Source: Octopus sinensis
Taxonomy: Eukaryota
Reading direction: 5' to 3'
NCBI RefSeq assembly: GCF_006345805.1
Contig: NC_043008.1
Coordinates: 10,602,001-10,666,000, forward strand
DNA: 64,000 bases
Under the pieces are notes generated by a model. That model made no database searches, was not told the DNA's origin, and saw only the letters and a program-made list of their open reading frames with translations. This document shows positions 11,601 to 25,100 of the stretch, piece by piece; position 1 is the stretch's first letter; each line of letters starts with the position of its first letter. Made by a program: the position numbers and the translations under genes.

Positions 11601-14600
11601 ATTCCGACAAATTAGACAAATTGTATGTGAGAATGGCTACCACATGTCCTGTCCGATTTAAGACATTACAGACGCCTCCATCTGGTTGCCAGATTCGGGC
11701 AATGCCTATATACATGAAACCAGAACACGTTCAAGAAGTAGTAAAGAGATGTCCAAACCATGCAACCGCTAAGGAACATAATGAAAGTAAGCACAATTTA
11801 TGTTATAATATCTGCTGATTTGAGTGTTTTTATCCATTTTATTGATTTTTTATTCATTAGTATATTAAACTGGAGTTTGGAAGATAATTTCATTGCAGAT
11901 TTGTTCTTAAAATTATGGTAATTTTATATAAATTTCTGTTAAGTTATTGACTTTGTATCAAAGAATTAGTGGTAGTGTTAGGTGGATGGCATTAAAAGCA
12001 TAACAAAAGATTTTAGTGATTGACTAACAAATTTAGTTACATATCTTATTGAATCTCCAGGTTAATTTTGATTATTGCTTCACACCTATGAAATTTTTCT
12101 ATTCTGTGCAGTTTCATTTAAACACACAACTTTTTATTTTTGAGTTGCCTGAAATTAAAATGTTTCTACTGCTTTAAAACTATCATTTCATTATATGTGC
12201 CTCTTTTGATCAACAGCTTGTTAGTCTTTTACACTTACATTCTATTATGGCAGATCATCCAGCCCCTCTACACATTGTCAGATGTGAACATAAGTTAGCT
12301 AAGTATGAAGAAGATCTTTATAATGGGCGTCAAAGTGTGTTAATACCACATGAAATGCCACAAGGTAACTGCTGTTTTTAATTTTTTCAATATTATTCTA
12401 CAAAAATTCAAAACCTAACTTTTGTTTCGTAATTATGTTAATAATGAGGACCTTGTACGTTTTGTTAAGTTCGAAATACTTTTTGTAAGAAATCTGATTT
12501 GTTTTGTGATATTTTCTAGTAAAATTCCCAGTAAATTCAAAGAGATAAATAGTAATTGATTTATTTAGAACACAAACCTTATAACTTATTTCTTTTTTTC
12601 TGAAGCTAATCTTATTTTAAATATTACTGTCTTTAAATCCGGAACAGTTTGTCATGTGTATTATTTCATCCTCTCCTAGCGGGCTCTGAGTGGGTGATCA
12701 ACTTATACCAGTTCATGTGTCTTGGTTCTTGTGTTGGAGGTCCAAACAGAAGGCCTATACAACTAGTATTTACACTGGAAAAAGAGTAAGTTTACTTTCT
12801 ATCTTTCATAGAATAGATTTATGTAATTTATTTTTACCTTATAAGGAAAAAAAAAAAAAAAAAATTGATTTCATTTATAAGTTTAGTAAAATTGTCAATT
12901 TTGCATTTGTTGTAAAAGAAATTTTGTCTTTTATAGTTATCATCATCATCATCATCATCATTTAGCGTCCGCTTTCCATGCTAGCATGGGTTGGACGGTT
13001 CAACTGGGGTCTGTGAAGCCAGAAGGCTGCATCAGGCCCAGTCTGATCTGTCAGTGTTTTTACGGCTGGATGCCCTTCCTAATGCCAACCACTCCGTGAG
13101 TGTAGTGGGTGCTTTTTACGTGCCACCCGCACAGGTGCCAGACAGAGCTGGCAAATGGCCACGGACGGATGGTGCTTTTACGTGCCACCGGCACGGGGGC
13201 CAGGCGAGGCTGGCAACGGCCACGATTGGATGGTGCTTTTTACGTGCCACCGGCACGGATAAACGTGCCACCGGCCTCTGTAAATTTTCTGTAGAAATTA
13301 TAGCCAGCACTGATTTATTAGGATGTTTCATATCTGAATACATCTAATCTAAACAATGCAGTTGAGGATGGGGGAAAATAGTTAATGAGTGTAGAGATAA
13401 CTTTAAAAAGTGATTTAATAGCACAGCTTACATGGTAGGATTTGTGTGAAACCTTTAATGCACTTGATAGTATATTACAGTTGCATAACGAAATATGGGG
13501 TCCCTACAGGTAATTAATTTCTCTTGTATATAAATTTGGAAGAGGAATATAAATTCAGAGACTAATATAATTTTTTTTAATATTTAACTGTATTTAAGAA
13601 AATATTTCAATAGCTGTATTTTGAATCGTTTTTTACTTTTCAGTAATCAAGTGTTAGGGCGACGGGCTGTTGAAGTTAGAATATGTGCGTGCCCTGGGAG
13701 AGACAGAAAAGCTGATGAAAAAGCTGCTTGTTCACCTGCAAAACCTCCAAGCCCGCAAAAAAGTAAGAAGGGTAATTTTCTTAATTTTGCAACAGTTTGA
13801 TTGTTCTTACAAGTATAGAGTGATTTTGACTCAAAGATTTTATTCGAGGTAACTTGTTTTGATCAGTTTGGATTTGTGCATGCAAGACATAACGAATGAA
13901 GGTAAACTTTTTGATCCTTATTATAGAATGATGGTGGTTGATTATATATCAGTGGTAGTATTAATTCAGTTGTGAATATACCTTGGGGTGATATTTTAAT
14001 TTGTAATAATAGCTCAGGTAGCAATTGTTAATATATGCAACACATATTTGACAGATTTGGGAATCTATTATCAAAGATGTTGAGGAATCTGTAATATGGT
14101 GTTAGGAAAATTTTGATGCTATGCTAGGGTCATTTGATTGGGAAATATTGCTGATAGATAGTTAATTTCTCTGAGAATTTATGCCAAATCTGTTTACTTA
14201 TTTTGTGTCTGTGCAATAAATTGTGTGACTCTTTGTTACAGATGGGTTTGCTCAGAGATCATTATTAATCACGAACGACATAACAAAAGTAGCACCAAAA
14301 AAGAGAAAAATTGATGACGAAGTATTCACACTTAAAGTAAGTATAAATAAAAAAAATAAATAAAAATCTATATTTCTCTTTTATTTTCTACAATAAAAAT
14401 ATGCACACACACAGAGACAGATAGACAGACACTTCTCTTCTCCGCTCCGCTCCTCTCTTCTCCTACAACAGGGCGCCACTGCATAGTGCCAAGGACTCCA
14501 GATTTGCCACCAAGATATAGGACAAGATACTGTAACAGCCTGGTCTTCAGGGGACCACAGCTCTTCAAAATGCTTCCGAAGGACCTGAGAGACCTGCATG

Positions 14601-16411
14601 GGGTGGATGTAGGTGTCTTCAAATGGACATCTTACTGTCAAGTGTCCCAGATGAGCCAACTTCACGGCAGGAGGTGCTGATGAGGACAGTGGCATCAAAC
14701 TCCCTTATACACCAAATGTCAATTTCCAAAAAGCATTGTATTTATTATATCTGTGTCATTTGCCAAGCTGCCATGAAGGACAAATACATAAATTTATAGA
14801 CACAACACGCATATATATAAAATGCTATACTTTCAGTTTCTGTTGGCCAAATCCACTCACAAGGCTTTGGTGAACCCAAGGCTATAGAAGAAGGCATTAA
14901 ATCTGGGGCCAAGTGGTTGGGAAGCAAACTTCTTGGGATCAGCATCGTTATTATTATTATTCATTTGAACATAAAAGGTCATTAAGGTTTTTCCTCCCTT
15001 TACTATTGGCTGCAGTTGTTTATGATTACCATTATTATTCAGAAAAAGACTTTACTTCAGTCCACTCACTTAATTATTCTTTCTATTTCAAATAGGTGAG
15101 AGGGCGAGATAATTATGAGGTGCTTAGTAAGATACGTGATGCAATGGAATTAGCTGCTCGAATCCCAGAACCAGAACGCCTATTATACAAACAAGAAAGA
15201 CAGTGAGTAACTGTTTCATCCACACTTTATATATATATATGTGTATATATATAAAATGTTAGTTTATTTCTTTTGAACCAAATTAGAAAGTATGCTTAAG
15301 CTTGTCTGTTTGCGTACACGGAGCTATATTATTAAACCTGCCAAGTTTGAATGTATATTTGGTAAACTTCATAGACTGTTTATGTATTTACTTCAAACCA
15401 ATGAACCACTTGTAAATTATTAAGTATAAAATTGCTTTGTTATAAGTAGTTTTGTGTAAATGTTCTCATCAAAAATTTTTAACTTCTCTTCATTGTTTTC
15501 CTGTTTCTTTCCTCTTTTCGCATATTCTCACTTATTTTAATTCTCTCTATTTTATTCTTGACTTTTATGTTTGCTTTTTGTGGCTCAAAAGTTTCTCAAA
15601 TATTTGAATAAATTAAAAAAAAGAGTCTTAACTTTTCTATTCACAGTAATTCATTAGTAGACATTTTGAAGATGGTTTTCTGACAGTCTAATTTAGTTCT
15701 AAGTTTCCTAACACTGATTTTTACCTTTCTTAAAAAAACTTTTTGCAACATAAAAAAAAAAAAAACTATGAAAGGAATATTTCGATGTATAAAAGACAAA
15801 AAAAGTGTTATAGTCTGATATCCTAGTTAAATGAGAGAAGTTTGTTGTAGTGTTTCATTCATTAAGAAAACAAAGAAAATTACTGTTCCATGTGCAATCT
15901 GTTGTTTTATGCTATTTTCCGTAGTATTATTGTTTTCTGTGTATGTATTATATGTATGTGTGTATGTCCAGCCCATATCACCATGAAAAGTGGGCATTAT
16001 CTGATGATATATATCATCATCATTTAACGTCCGTTTTCCATGCTAGCATGGGTTGGACGATTTTGACTGAGGGCTGGCAACCAGATGGCTGCACCAGGCT
16101 CCAGTCTTGATCTGGCAGAGTTTCTACAGCTGGATGCCCTTCCTAACGCCAACCACTCCGAGAGTGTAGTGGGTGCTTTTTACGCGCCACCTGCACGGGG
16201 GCCAGTCAGGCGGTACTGGCAATGACCTCGCTCGAATCTTTTTGCAGGTGCCAGTGAAGAGACGTTGGTAACGATCACGCTCGAATGGTGCCCTTTTATG
16301 TGCCACAGGTAAGGACCCCAGTTGGCTGCTCTGGCAACGATCACGCTTGGATGGTGTTCTTGGCACCCTACTAGCACAGGCATAAGTGCCAGTAAGGCGA
16401 TGCTGGTAATG

Positions 16412-16453
<42 letters not shown>

Positions 16454-18427
16454 CACACACACATATAGCCACATTTGCGTGTAGATGTGATGATTGCCGA
16501 TTCTTTATAGAAGGCCATCGCTTCAATTAGTAAATGCCTTTGTGAGATCTCATATTGGTAGCACCTTAGGATGTCGAAGACTGTGAGCAGATGACAGAAA
16601 ATCAGGTGGTTTGGAAATAAGTGATCTGCAATGGTTTTCAAGCATGTGAAACACCGAATAAGAGGCTTAAAACAAGCACTTCACAAGCAACAATTGTGTG
16701 TGTATATATATTTGTATATATTCATGTATGTATATATATTTCTATATATTCATGTATGTATGTATGTATATATATATATGTATGTATGTATGTATCATCA
16801 TCATGTATGTATGTATGTATATATATATGTATGTATGTATCATCATCACATATGTATATGTTTGTATATGTATGTATGTATGTATGTATATATGTATGTA
16901 TATATGTATATGTTTGTATATATATATGTATATACGTGGAGGCACAATGGCCCTGTGGTCAGGGCAGCAGAATCGCAGTTTCGATTCCCAGACTGGACAT
17001 TGTGAGTGTTTATTGATCAAAAACACCTAAAGCTCCACAAGGCTATAGCAGGCGGGTGATGGAGATCCCTGCTGTACTCATTCACCACAACTTTCTGTCA
17101 ATCTGTTGGCCTGCTTGCTTAGCCAGTGGAGTGGCGTCATTTGATGGCTAAAACAATGTGAAGCGCATTGGTAAATGGGGACAGTGGCTAATGGACTGGC
17201 GCTTTATGGCTGAAGGAGTTATACCATAAATTGCTGGTCAATTCTTTTCTCTTTCCTTTGTTTTTTTTGTCTTTGAAGATGTTTATTAAATCCAATGAGG
17301 TAAATGTAAATTTACCCCATTTTGATAAACAGAAACAGCTGTAAAAATACCCCTAATTCAGTTAAACAATGACATTAAAACACTAATAACCCACTTGTCA
17401 TTGTTAATTATTGCTCCATTTCTGTTTTATCCCTTTATATATATATATGTATGTATGTACATACATATATGTGTGCAATGCAGGCAGCTGACCGGATGGA
17501 TTCTTATAACATTTTTGAACAAGAGAACAGGAAACCATGATGGTCCTCTGGAGGACACTTGTCCTAAGCCACTTTGACTATTGCTCTTAGCTATGTTCAC
17601 CAACCAATGTCAAATAAATTGCAGAACTTGAGGCAATCCAACGAAGCTACGCAAAGAAGATATCCTTTTTGCAGCATATAATCTACTGGGAAAGACTCAA
17701 GAGATTAAAACTCTATTCTTTAGAGCACAGGTGAGAAAGCTATGCCACAATATGCATCTGGAAGATCCTGGAGGGACTTTTCCAAACTTTGGCATCGAGA
17801 ATTACACAAATACTACAACAGGGCGCCACTGCATAGTGCCAAGGACTCCAGATTTGCCACCAAGATATAGGACAAGATACTGTAACAGCCTGGGCCTCAG
17901 GTGACCACAGCTTTCAAAATGCTTCCGAAAGACCTCAGGGACCTGCATGGGGTGGATGTAGGTGTCTTCAAACGGACATCTTACTGTCAAGTGTCCCAGA
18001 TGAGCCAACTTCACGGCAGTAGGTGCTGATGAGGGCAGTGGCATCAAACTCCTCATACACCAAATGTCAATTTCCAAAAAGCATTAGAGAAGTAATATTA
18101 TGTAGCAGAACTAAATGTCAGTGCTGCAGCATGGCCACTGCCCATGAGCTGAAACTATTTCAAATCATATCATATGGATATACATATATGTTTGTATATA
18201 CATATGTATATATGGGTGTATATGTATATGCACGTATATGAATATACATTTATATATAGATATATATATATATGCATATATATGTATATGCATATGTATA
18301 TGCATATATATATGCATATGTATATGCATATATATGTATATGCATATATGTATATGCATATATGTGTATGAATACATGTATATCATCATCGTTTGATGTC
18401 TGTTTTGATGGGTTGGATCATGGGCTG

Positions 18428-18476
<49 letters not shown>

Positions 18477-18500
18477 GTATGTGTATATATATATGTGTAT

Positions 18501-18540
<40 letters not shown>

Positions 18541-19144
18541 ATGTATATATATATGTGTGTGTATATATATGTATATGTATATATATATGTGTGTGTATAT
18601 ATATATATATGTATATATGTATTTGTGTATATATATGTATATCTATATATATCGATATATCATATATATATGTGTGTGTGTATATGTTTCTATGTATGTG
18701 TATATATATTTATATGTATGTGTATATGTATGTATATATGTGTATATATCTATATATACGTATATATGTGTATATGTATGTATACATGTTTGTGTACATA
18801 TATGTATTTGTACATATATATTTATATGTATGTATACATATATGTATTTATACATATATATGTATATGTATAGATATATATGTATGTATACATATATATG
18901 TATATATATGTATACATATGTGTATGTATTCATATATATATGTATGGATATATATATATATAGCATGGAAAACGGACGCTAAACGATGATGATGATATAT
19001 GTATAGACATGTATATTTTTCCATATAATTTTATATTATAGTATTATATGTAAATAAATATATATGTATGGATAGACATATGTATATATATATATGTGTG
19101 TGTGTGTGTCTGTATATATACATATGTATGTATGTGTATATATA

Positions 19145-19175
<31 letters not shown>

Positions 19176-22100
19176 ATTATGTACATATGTACTTATGTAT
19201 ATGTGTGAGGTTGGGTCAAAAAGTAATGCCATTTTGTTTACGATGGGTATAATTACCAACACTATCATACATGAAAATGAAGCTGGCTCTCTGTGGATCA
19301 CATCCCTACTCCTCTGTATAATCATCGTTTCTCTCAATAGCAATGTTCCACCTTCGAATGGGAGCATTTATCCATGCCCTGTAAAATTCTGTTGACTGTT
19401 CTTTGAGCCACTTCTTCACTACAGTTTTCCATTCCTCGTTACTGGAATAATGTTTGCCTTTGAGACCCTCTTCCATGGGGCTGAAGAAATGATAGTTTGA
19501 AGGTGCTAAATCTGGAGAATATGGTGGATGTGGGCGAGCATTGTCATGCTGAAAGAGGACATTGTCGATTGACAAGTTGGGTATTACGTGTTGGATTCTT
19601 ATTCTGAGCCTCGTGAGGCTCTCTGTGTAGGCCTTAGAGATTATTATTTTTCCTTTTGGCAAGAAAGCGACCAAAATGACACCTTGAGCATCCCCAAAGA
19701 CAGTTGCTATAATTTAGAGTATACATATATATACTCTTTTACTCTTTTACTTGTTTCAGTCATTTGACTGTGGCCAAGCTGGAGCACCGCCTTTAGTTGA
19801 GCAGATCGACCCCAGGACTTATTCTTTCTAAGCCTAGTACTTATTCTATCGGTCTCTTTTGCCGAACCACTAAGTTATGGGCACGTAATCATCAACATCA
19901 GCTGTGAAGCGATGTTAGGGGGACAAATACAGACACACTAACATATACACACACACTTACATAAATATACATATATATAACAGGCTTCTTTCAGTTTCTG
20001 CCTACCAAATCCACTCACAAGGTTTTGGTCGGCCTGAGGCTATAGTAGAAGACACTTGCCCAAGGTGCCACGCAGTGGGACTGAACCCGGAACCTGGTTG
20101 GTAAGCAATGTATATGTGTATATATATGTATATATGTATATGCATATGTATAGATATGTGTGTATATATCTATATGTATGTGTATATATACTTTTATATA
20201 TATATACATGTATGTGTGTATATATGCATTTATATACATGTATGTGTGTATATATGCATTTATATACATGTATGTGTGCATATATGTATGTATATATGTT
20301 TATATGCATGTATATATGTGTGTATACTTATATATGTATATATATTCATATATGATGTATATATATATATATATATATATGTTTGTGTGTGTATATATTT
20401 ATATATATATATGTGTATATATTTATGCCATAATATACATCTGGAAGATCCTAGAAGGACTTGTCCCAAACTTTGGCATCGAGAGTTACACAAATGCCAG
20501 AACTGGGCGCCACTGCATAGTGCCAAGGACTCCAAATTTGCCATCAAGATGTAGGACAAAATACTGTGATAGCCTGGGCTTCCGAGGCCCACAGCTCTTC
20601 AATATCCTCCCGAAGAACCTAAGAGACCTGCATGGGATGGATGCAGATGTCTTTAAAATGAAACTGGATCTCTTCTTGTCAGGTGTCCCAGATGAACCAA
20701 CTTCACGGCAGGAGGTGCAGATGAGGGCAGCTGCATCGAACTCTCTCATGCACCAGATGGCATTTGCTAAAAAGCATTCGTGAAGTAAAATCATGTAGCA
20801 ACACCAAATGGCGGTGCCCCAGCATGGCCACAGCTTGTGAGCTGAAACTAAATAAAATAAAATACTGCTGTAGTTTTGATGTAGCTATTATGGCCAAGGC
20901 TGCTAATGTCTAAATCTTTACTGAAGACATTTATTACTGCTATTTATCTCAGTAGTTTTAAGTAATATTTATTTCGTCCTTGTAATGGGTAATTTTCTTG
21001 GTTCATTGCATATTCCAGTTCCAACACCCCTTGAATGTAACATGTTCGACAGACTTCATAACATGTTGAACGGTTTTTCTAACACATCTACAACTATGAG
21101 CTTCCATTGACAGTATTTATTTCAGGAAATTACACAAGGCAGAGCTTACTAACTATTCTTCTAATGATGAAGCCACCTGCTAAAAGTAGTTTTAGGATTA
21201 TGTGAGCCGCCTTCACCTGTAGCCAGATGGAAATATCCATCTCTATTGCTGTAGATTTGTTTTCCTTCTATTTCATTCTTCACTTATTTCTTTTCTCAAC
21301 ATTTCTTCCCTGTAAATATTTTACCGTCGGCTAAATTCTTGCAGGTGGCTATCATCAGATGAGGTTCCAGATTCTCACTCCAGTCCTACAGTTTCCCAAG
21401 GTGTTAGTCCTGCCCGCAAGAAAGTGATGAAACTGACCAAACTGATCCTTAAATGAACACTTGGAACTTAAAACCAAGCTCTACTATATGTATAATAATT
21501 TAACATAAAACACTTCAGTTATGTGTAGGCCTGACAATATCAAATTTCACACAGAGACCAATGCTTATATTTAATTATTGAAGGTCCTCAATTTAGGTTG
21601 CGTTGATATTGCAACAGCACCTGTGAATACATGCCAGGAAATATGTCGATAATGAAGGAAATACATTTTTTAATGATGATCTACACCCAGACACAAAGCA
21701 TTGCTGCTATTTTCTCATCGTGGACTCCATTCTTGTTGCCATAAATAATTTACATATAATGTTATTTACATAACATCTTTTTACAAATTCATATGTATTC
21801 ATTTTTTTTTACTTTTATATATCATTTATAGTCTTATATTTTTAGAGAATCATTGAAAATCAAAAACCATTTGCATTTAAAAAGGTTTTTTTTTTTAACA
21901 TTTTTTAAATATTTTTTTCATTTATTTTTTATGTAACTTATATAATTAGTTTTGTTAATTTATTCTGCTAACATTTGTTCAGTATATTGTTTTAACAAAG
22001 AAATGTTTCTAATTATTAAAATAATATCTAATATAATAAAAGCACAAACCTTATTAGGCAACAGAATACATTACAATTACTATTTACAAATTAATATTTG

Positions 22101-25100
22101 AATTCAGTTAAGACTTTTGAATCTGAAATAACTGATTTCAGATATTTTCTTATTATTTGTAATGCTGAGAAATGAGCAGTACTACTCATTACACGAAGGG
22201 CTAGCACCAATGTTTTGGTTTTCAAATTAAGCTATTTCACTTCACTAACCTTGTGATAGATGTGAAAGTTACAACCTTTCCCTCCTTCTCCAACATTCTT
22301 TGGCTGAAGAATGCAATAGGGATAAAAACCAGTGTATTTTCCTCAGCACATTGGCAGACATAACAGGCTACATACTGAAGTATGTAGTTCTTTTTAGCAC
22401 ATGAACCTTATATTTAACTTGGCTTTTCCTTTACAAGTTTGTTTTCAGCTCTGTATGGGGACAGTGTTCTTTCTATAGACAAAAAAAGTTATAAAGCGAG
22501 TTATGAAATAAGAAAATTATAGCCTCTTGGTGCTTTTCTAATTAAACATAAAACATATTATTAAGATTATTAAGATATATTTGTCTGCGATTATATTATT
22601 TAGTTATGAATTAATTAATGAATGTTGTGTTAATTTATACAGTGCAGAATAGTATTCTATAACTGATGTGTAAATCATTTTCTTAAATCTAACAATGAAT
22701 TTGGGTAAATCCATTTAGCTTCATATTTTTCTGACCCTGGCCAACATTAGTATGCCTTAAAAGCATATTATCTTAGGAAGTAGGTATTCACTTGAAGAAT
22801 GAACCAAAAAAGATCTCAAATTATTAAGTCAAATACTGTTCTTTGTGTCTGCTTCACCCTGCTGGCATGTGTTGGCTGAGCCTTTTTGAAGCAGTGTTTT
22901 CTGGTTGAGTACTCATTTTGACACAAACCCTTATAAGTTGTTTCTTGTAACAGACAAGTGTATGATGTACCTATTGTAAAAACTGAAACACAGTAGATTA
23001 ATCTAAGCTAGTGGGTCTCAACTAGGGTCCATATGACCCTTAGGGATCCTCATAAGATATTGTTGCTAAAATCTATGTGCTGTAAACTTCTATAATACCC
23101 AAAATGTTTTAACAATTTGTTTTAATACAATTCCTAGTTGTGTTTAATTATAAAAATATTATAGGATTTTTTAAAACATCGAATGGCTATGAAGGTCCAA
23201 CCAAGCAAAATAGGAATCAAAAGGGGTCCATAGGTAAAAAATGGTTGAAAACTGCTTATCTAAACTCTAGTTTGACTAAAGTAAATTAAACGGTATACAG
23301 TAGCATTTTGAGAAATTTTCTACCAGCCTACAAATTTTCAATTAACTGAGCTATCCAGATAAAAGGTTAATCCTTTTTATATGAGACAACTGTTTCTAGG
23401 GTCATTCTTTAAATGTCTTCTCTAATGTTAAACGGTACCTTGATAGGATGCTTATCTATTGCAGTTAACTTTGTAAAGATATAATATTTATTCTTCACTC
23501 GGCCAAACTGTGTAAAGTAGAATAGTCGATGAGATATGAAACTCTGTCAGTTTGTAATCTAATAATACTTTTACTTAGTCAGGTAGATGAGAAATAATGA
23601 CTTTTTTTTTTTCTGAAATATAAGTAATTCAAATTTCGAAGAGTAATTAGTAAAACTGGTATGTATCCTGTTACTTGTATGATTTGGGAGCACCAACTCA
23701 GACTGGTTGGCCATGTTGCTCAATTTTCCAAGTTCGATGCAGACACTACTTAGCGTGTTCTCTTCACTGAAGACTTGACTTGTGTTGGTCGACCACTTGC
23801 CACATGGTCTCAACAGATGAGGAGGTATCTTGCAGAGATGGTGTTAGGCTCTGCTTGTCCAGGAGGACCCAGGAATATATTGACAAATGGTGAATGCAGC
23901 AATGTGCTGCAATGATTCATACCCCTCACATGACCCCCTATTAGTAAAACCAATTCTCTGTATGTATTACTACCGAGTTAATAATTTTCATGTAAGGCAT
24001 ATTCAGTTGCAATAGGATTTTTATATTAACATTCGTCTCTTAATGATGAAAATTTCTGTTAAATCAGTTAAAAAATAAAAAAAAAATTATAAAGAGGTAT
24101 TAAAATTTAGGAAAAAAAAAAAGAGTTTAACATGAGAGTATTTAACATTTTTTCCAAGGATGGCTGTGCTTCAACTAAATTAAATGTAACTGAAATTAAT
24201 TTATTCACATTCTGTTTCTCTAACTTAAACTTTCAATGTTTTAGTTTGTTTATAAACTCAGTGGCCATAAGATAGAATTGGGATATCGGGATATATCTTT
24301 GTATTGGAGATGAAATGTTCTATTAAGCTAATTTTGTATATAACAAATGTTATGGTCTTTGTGTATACAGACACTTGATTTCAATATATATAGATCTTCC
24401 TCAGTGTTTCTGTGTGTATTTGTGGTTGTGTGTTAAATAATTGTGGTCAGATTCTAATAGTGCTGAACATCATGGAATTTTAAGCTTATTATTTATTGTT
24501 GTTTTAATTTATTTACTGCATGATTTTGTTTAAATGAATTTTGTCTTAATTTTCTTTCCCTAAAAGTTTAAAAGCTAGATTACTTTTAACTTGAAATATT
24601 TTCTTCTACATTTGCGCTATTCTCTCTATGGGCTTTTATTATTTAAGAAAAAATATTTAAAACAAAACTCGTTGACAAACAGGCTGGACCTGGAATTTAT
24701 TGCATTATTTCATAATTTTCTGCTGAGACAAGCTCCTTCCCAATTTGTAATCTTAATGTAAAATAGTGTATGCTGCACAGACTGAGTAAATATATATTGC
24801 ATTAAAAAAAACTCAAACACTAAAAATCCCAGGGATCTTCATTATGTCATTTAATACATTTTGCCTTTAATTTTTTTCGGAATTAGCTCATATTCTAAGT
24901 TGAAATTCATTTGGCTATGATTCATTTTTATTTTGTTTTTATTTTTAAAAAATAAAACGTAAGAAAATATTTCCACCGTTAAAGATATTTGAGAGGAAAT
25001 TAGTAATCTATTTTGTAAATATTTAAAGTTTTCAGAGTATACTTTGTAATAACTTTAGTAAAATCAAATGATCTGACGCTAGTGAAATGAGAGTTTTGTT

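Noticed and set aside
18165-19367. Many Y/I/M/C/V-rich ORFs (also 16621-17030, 20015-20554, 38972-39844, 53825-55223)
   Set aside because: Translations of TA/TG microsatellites.
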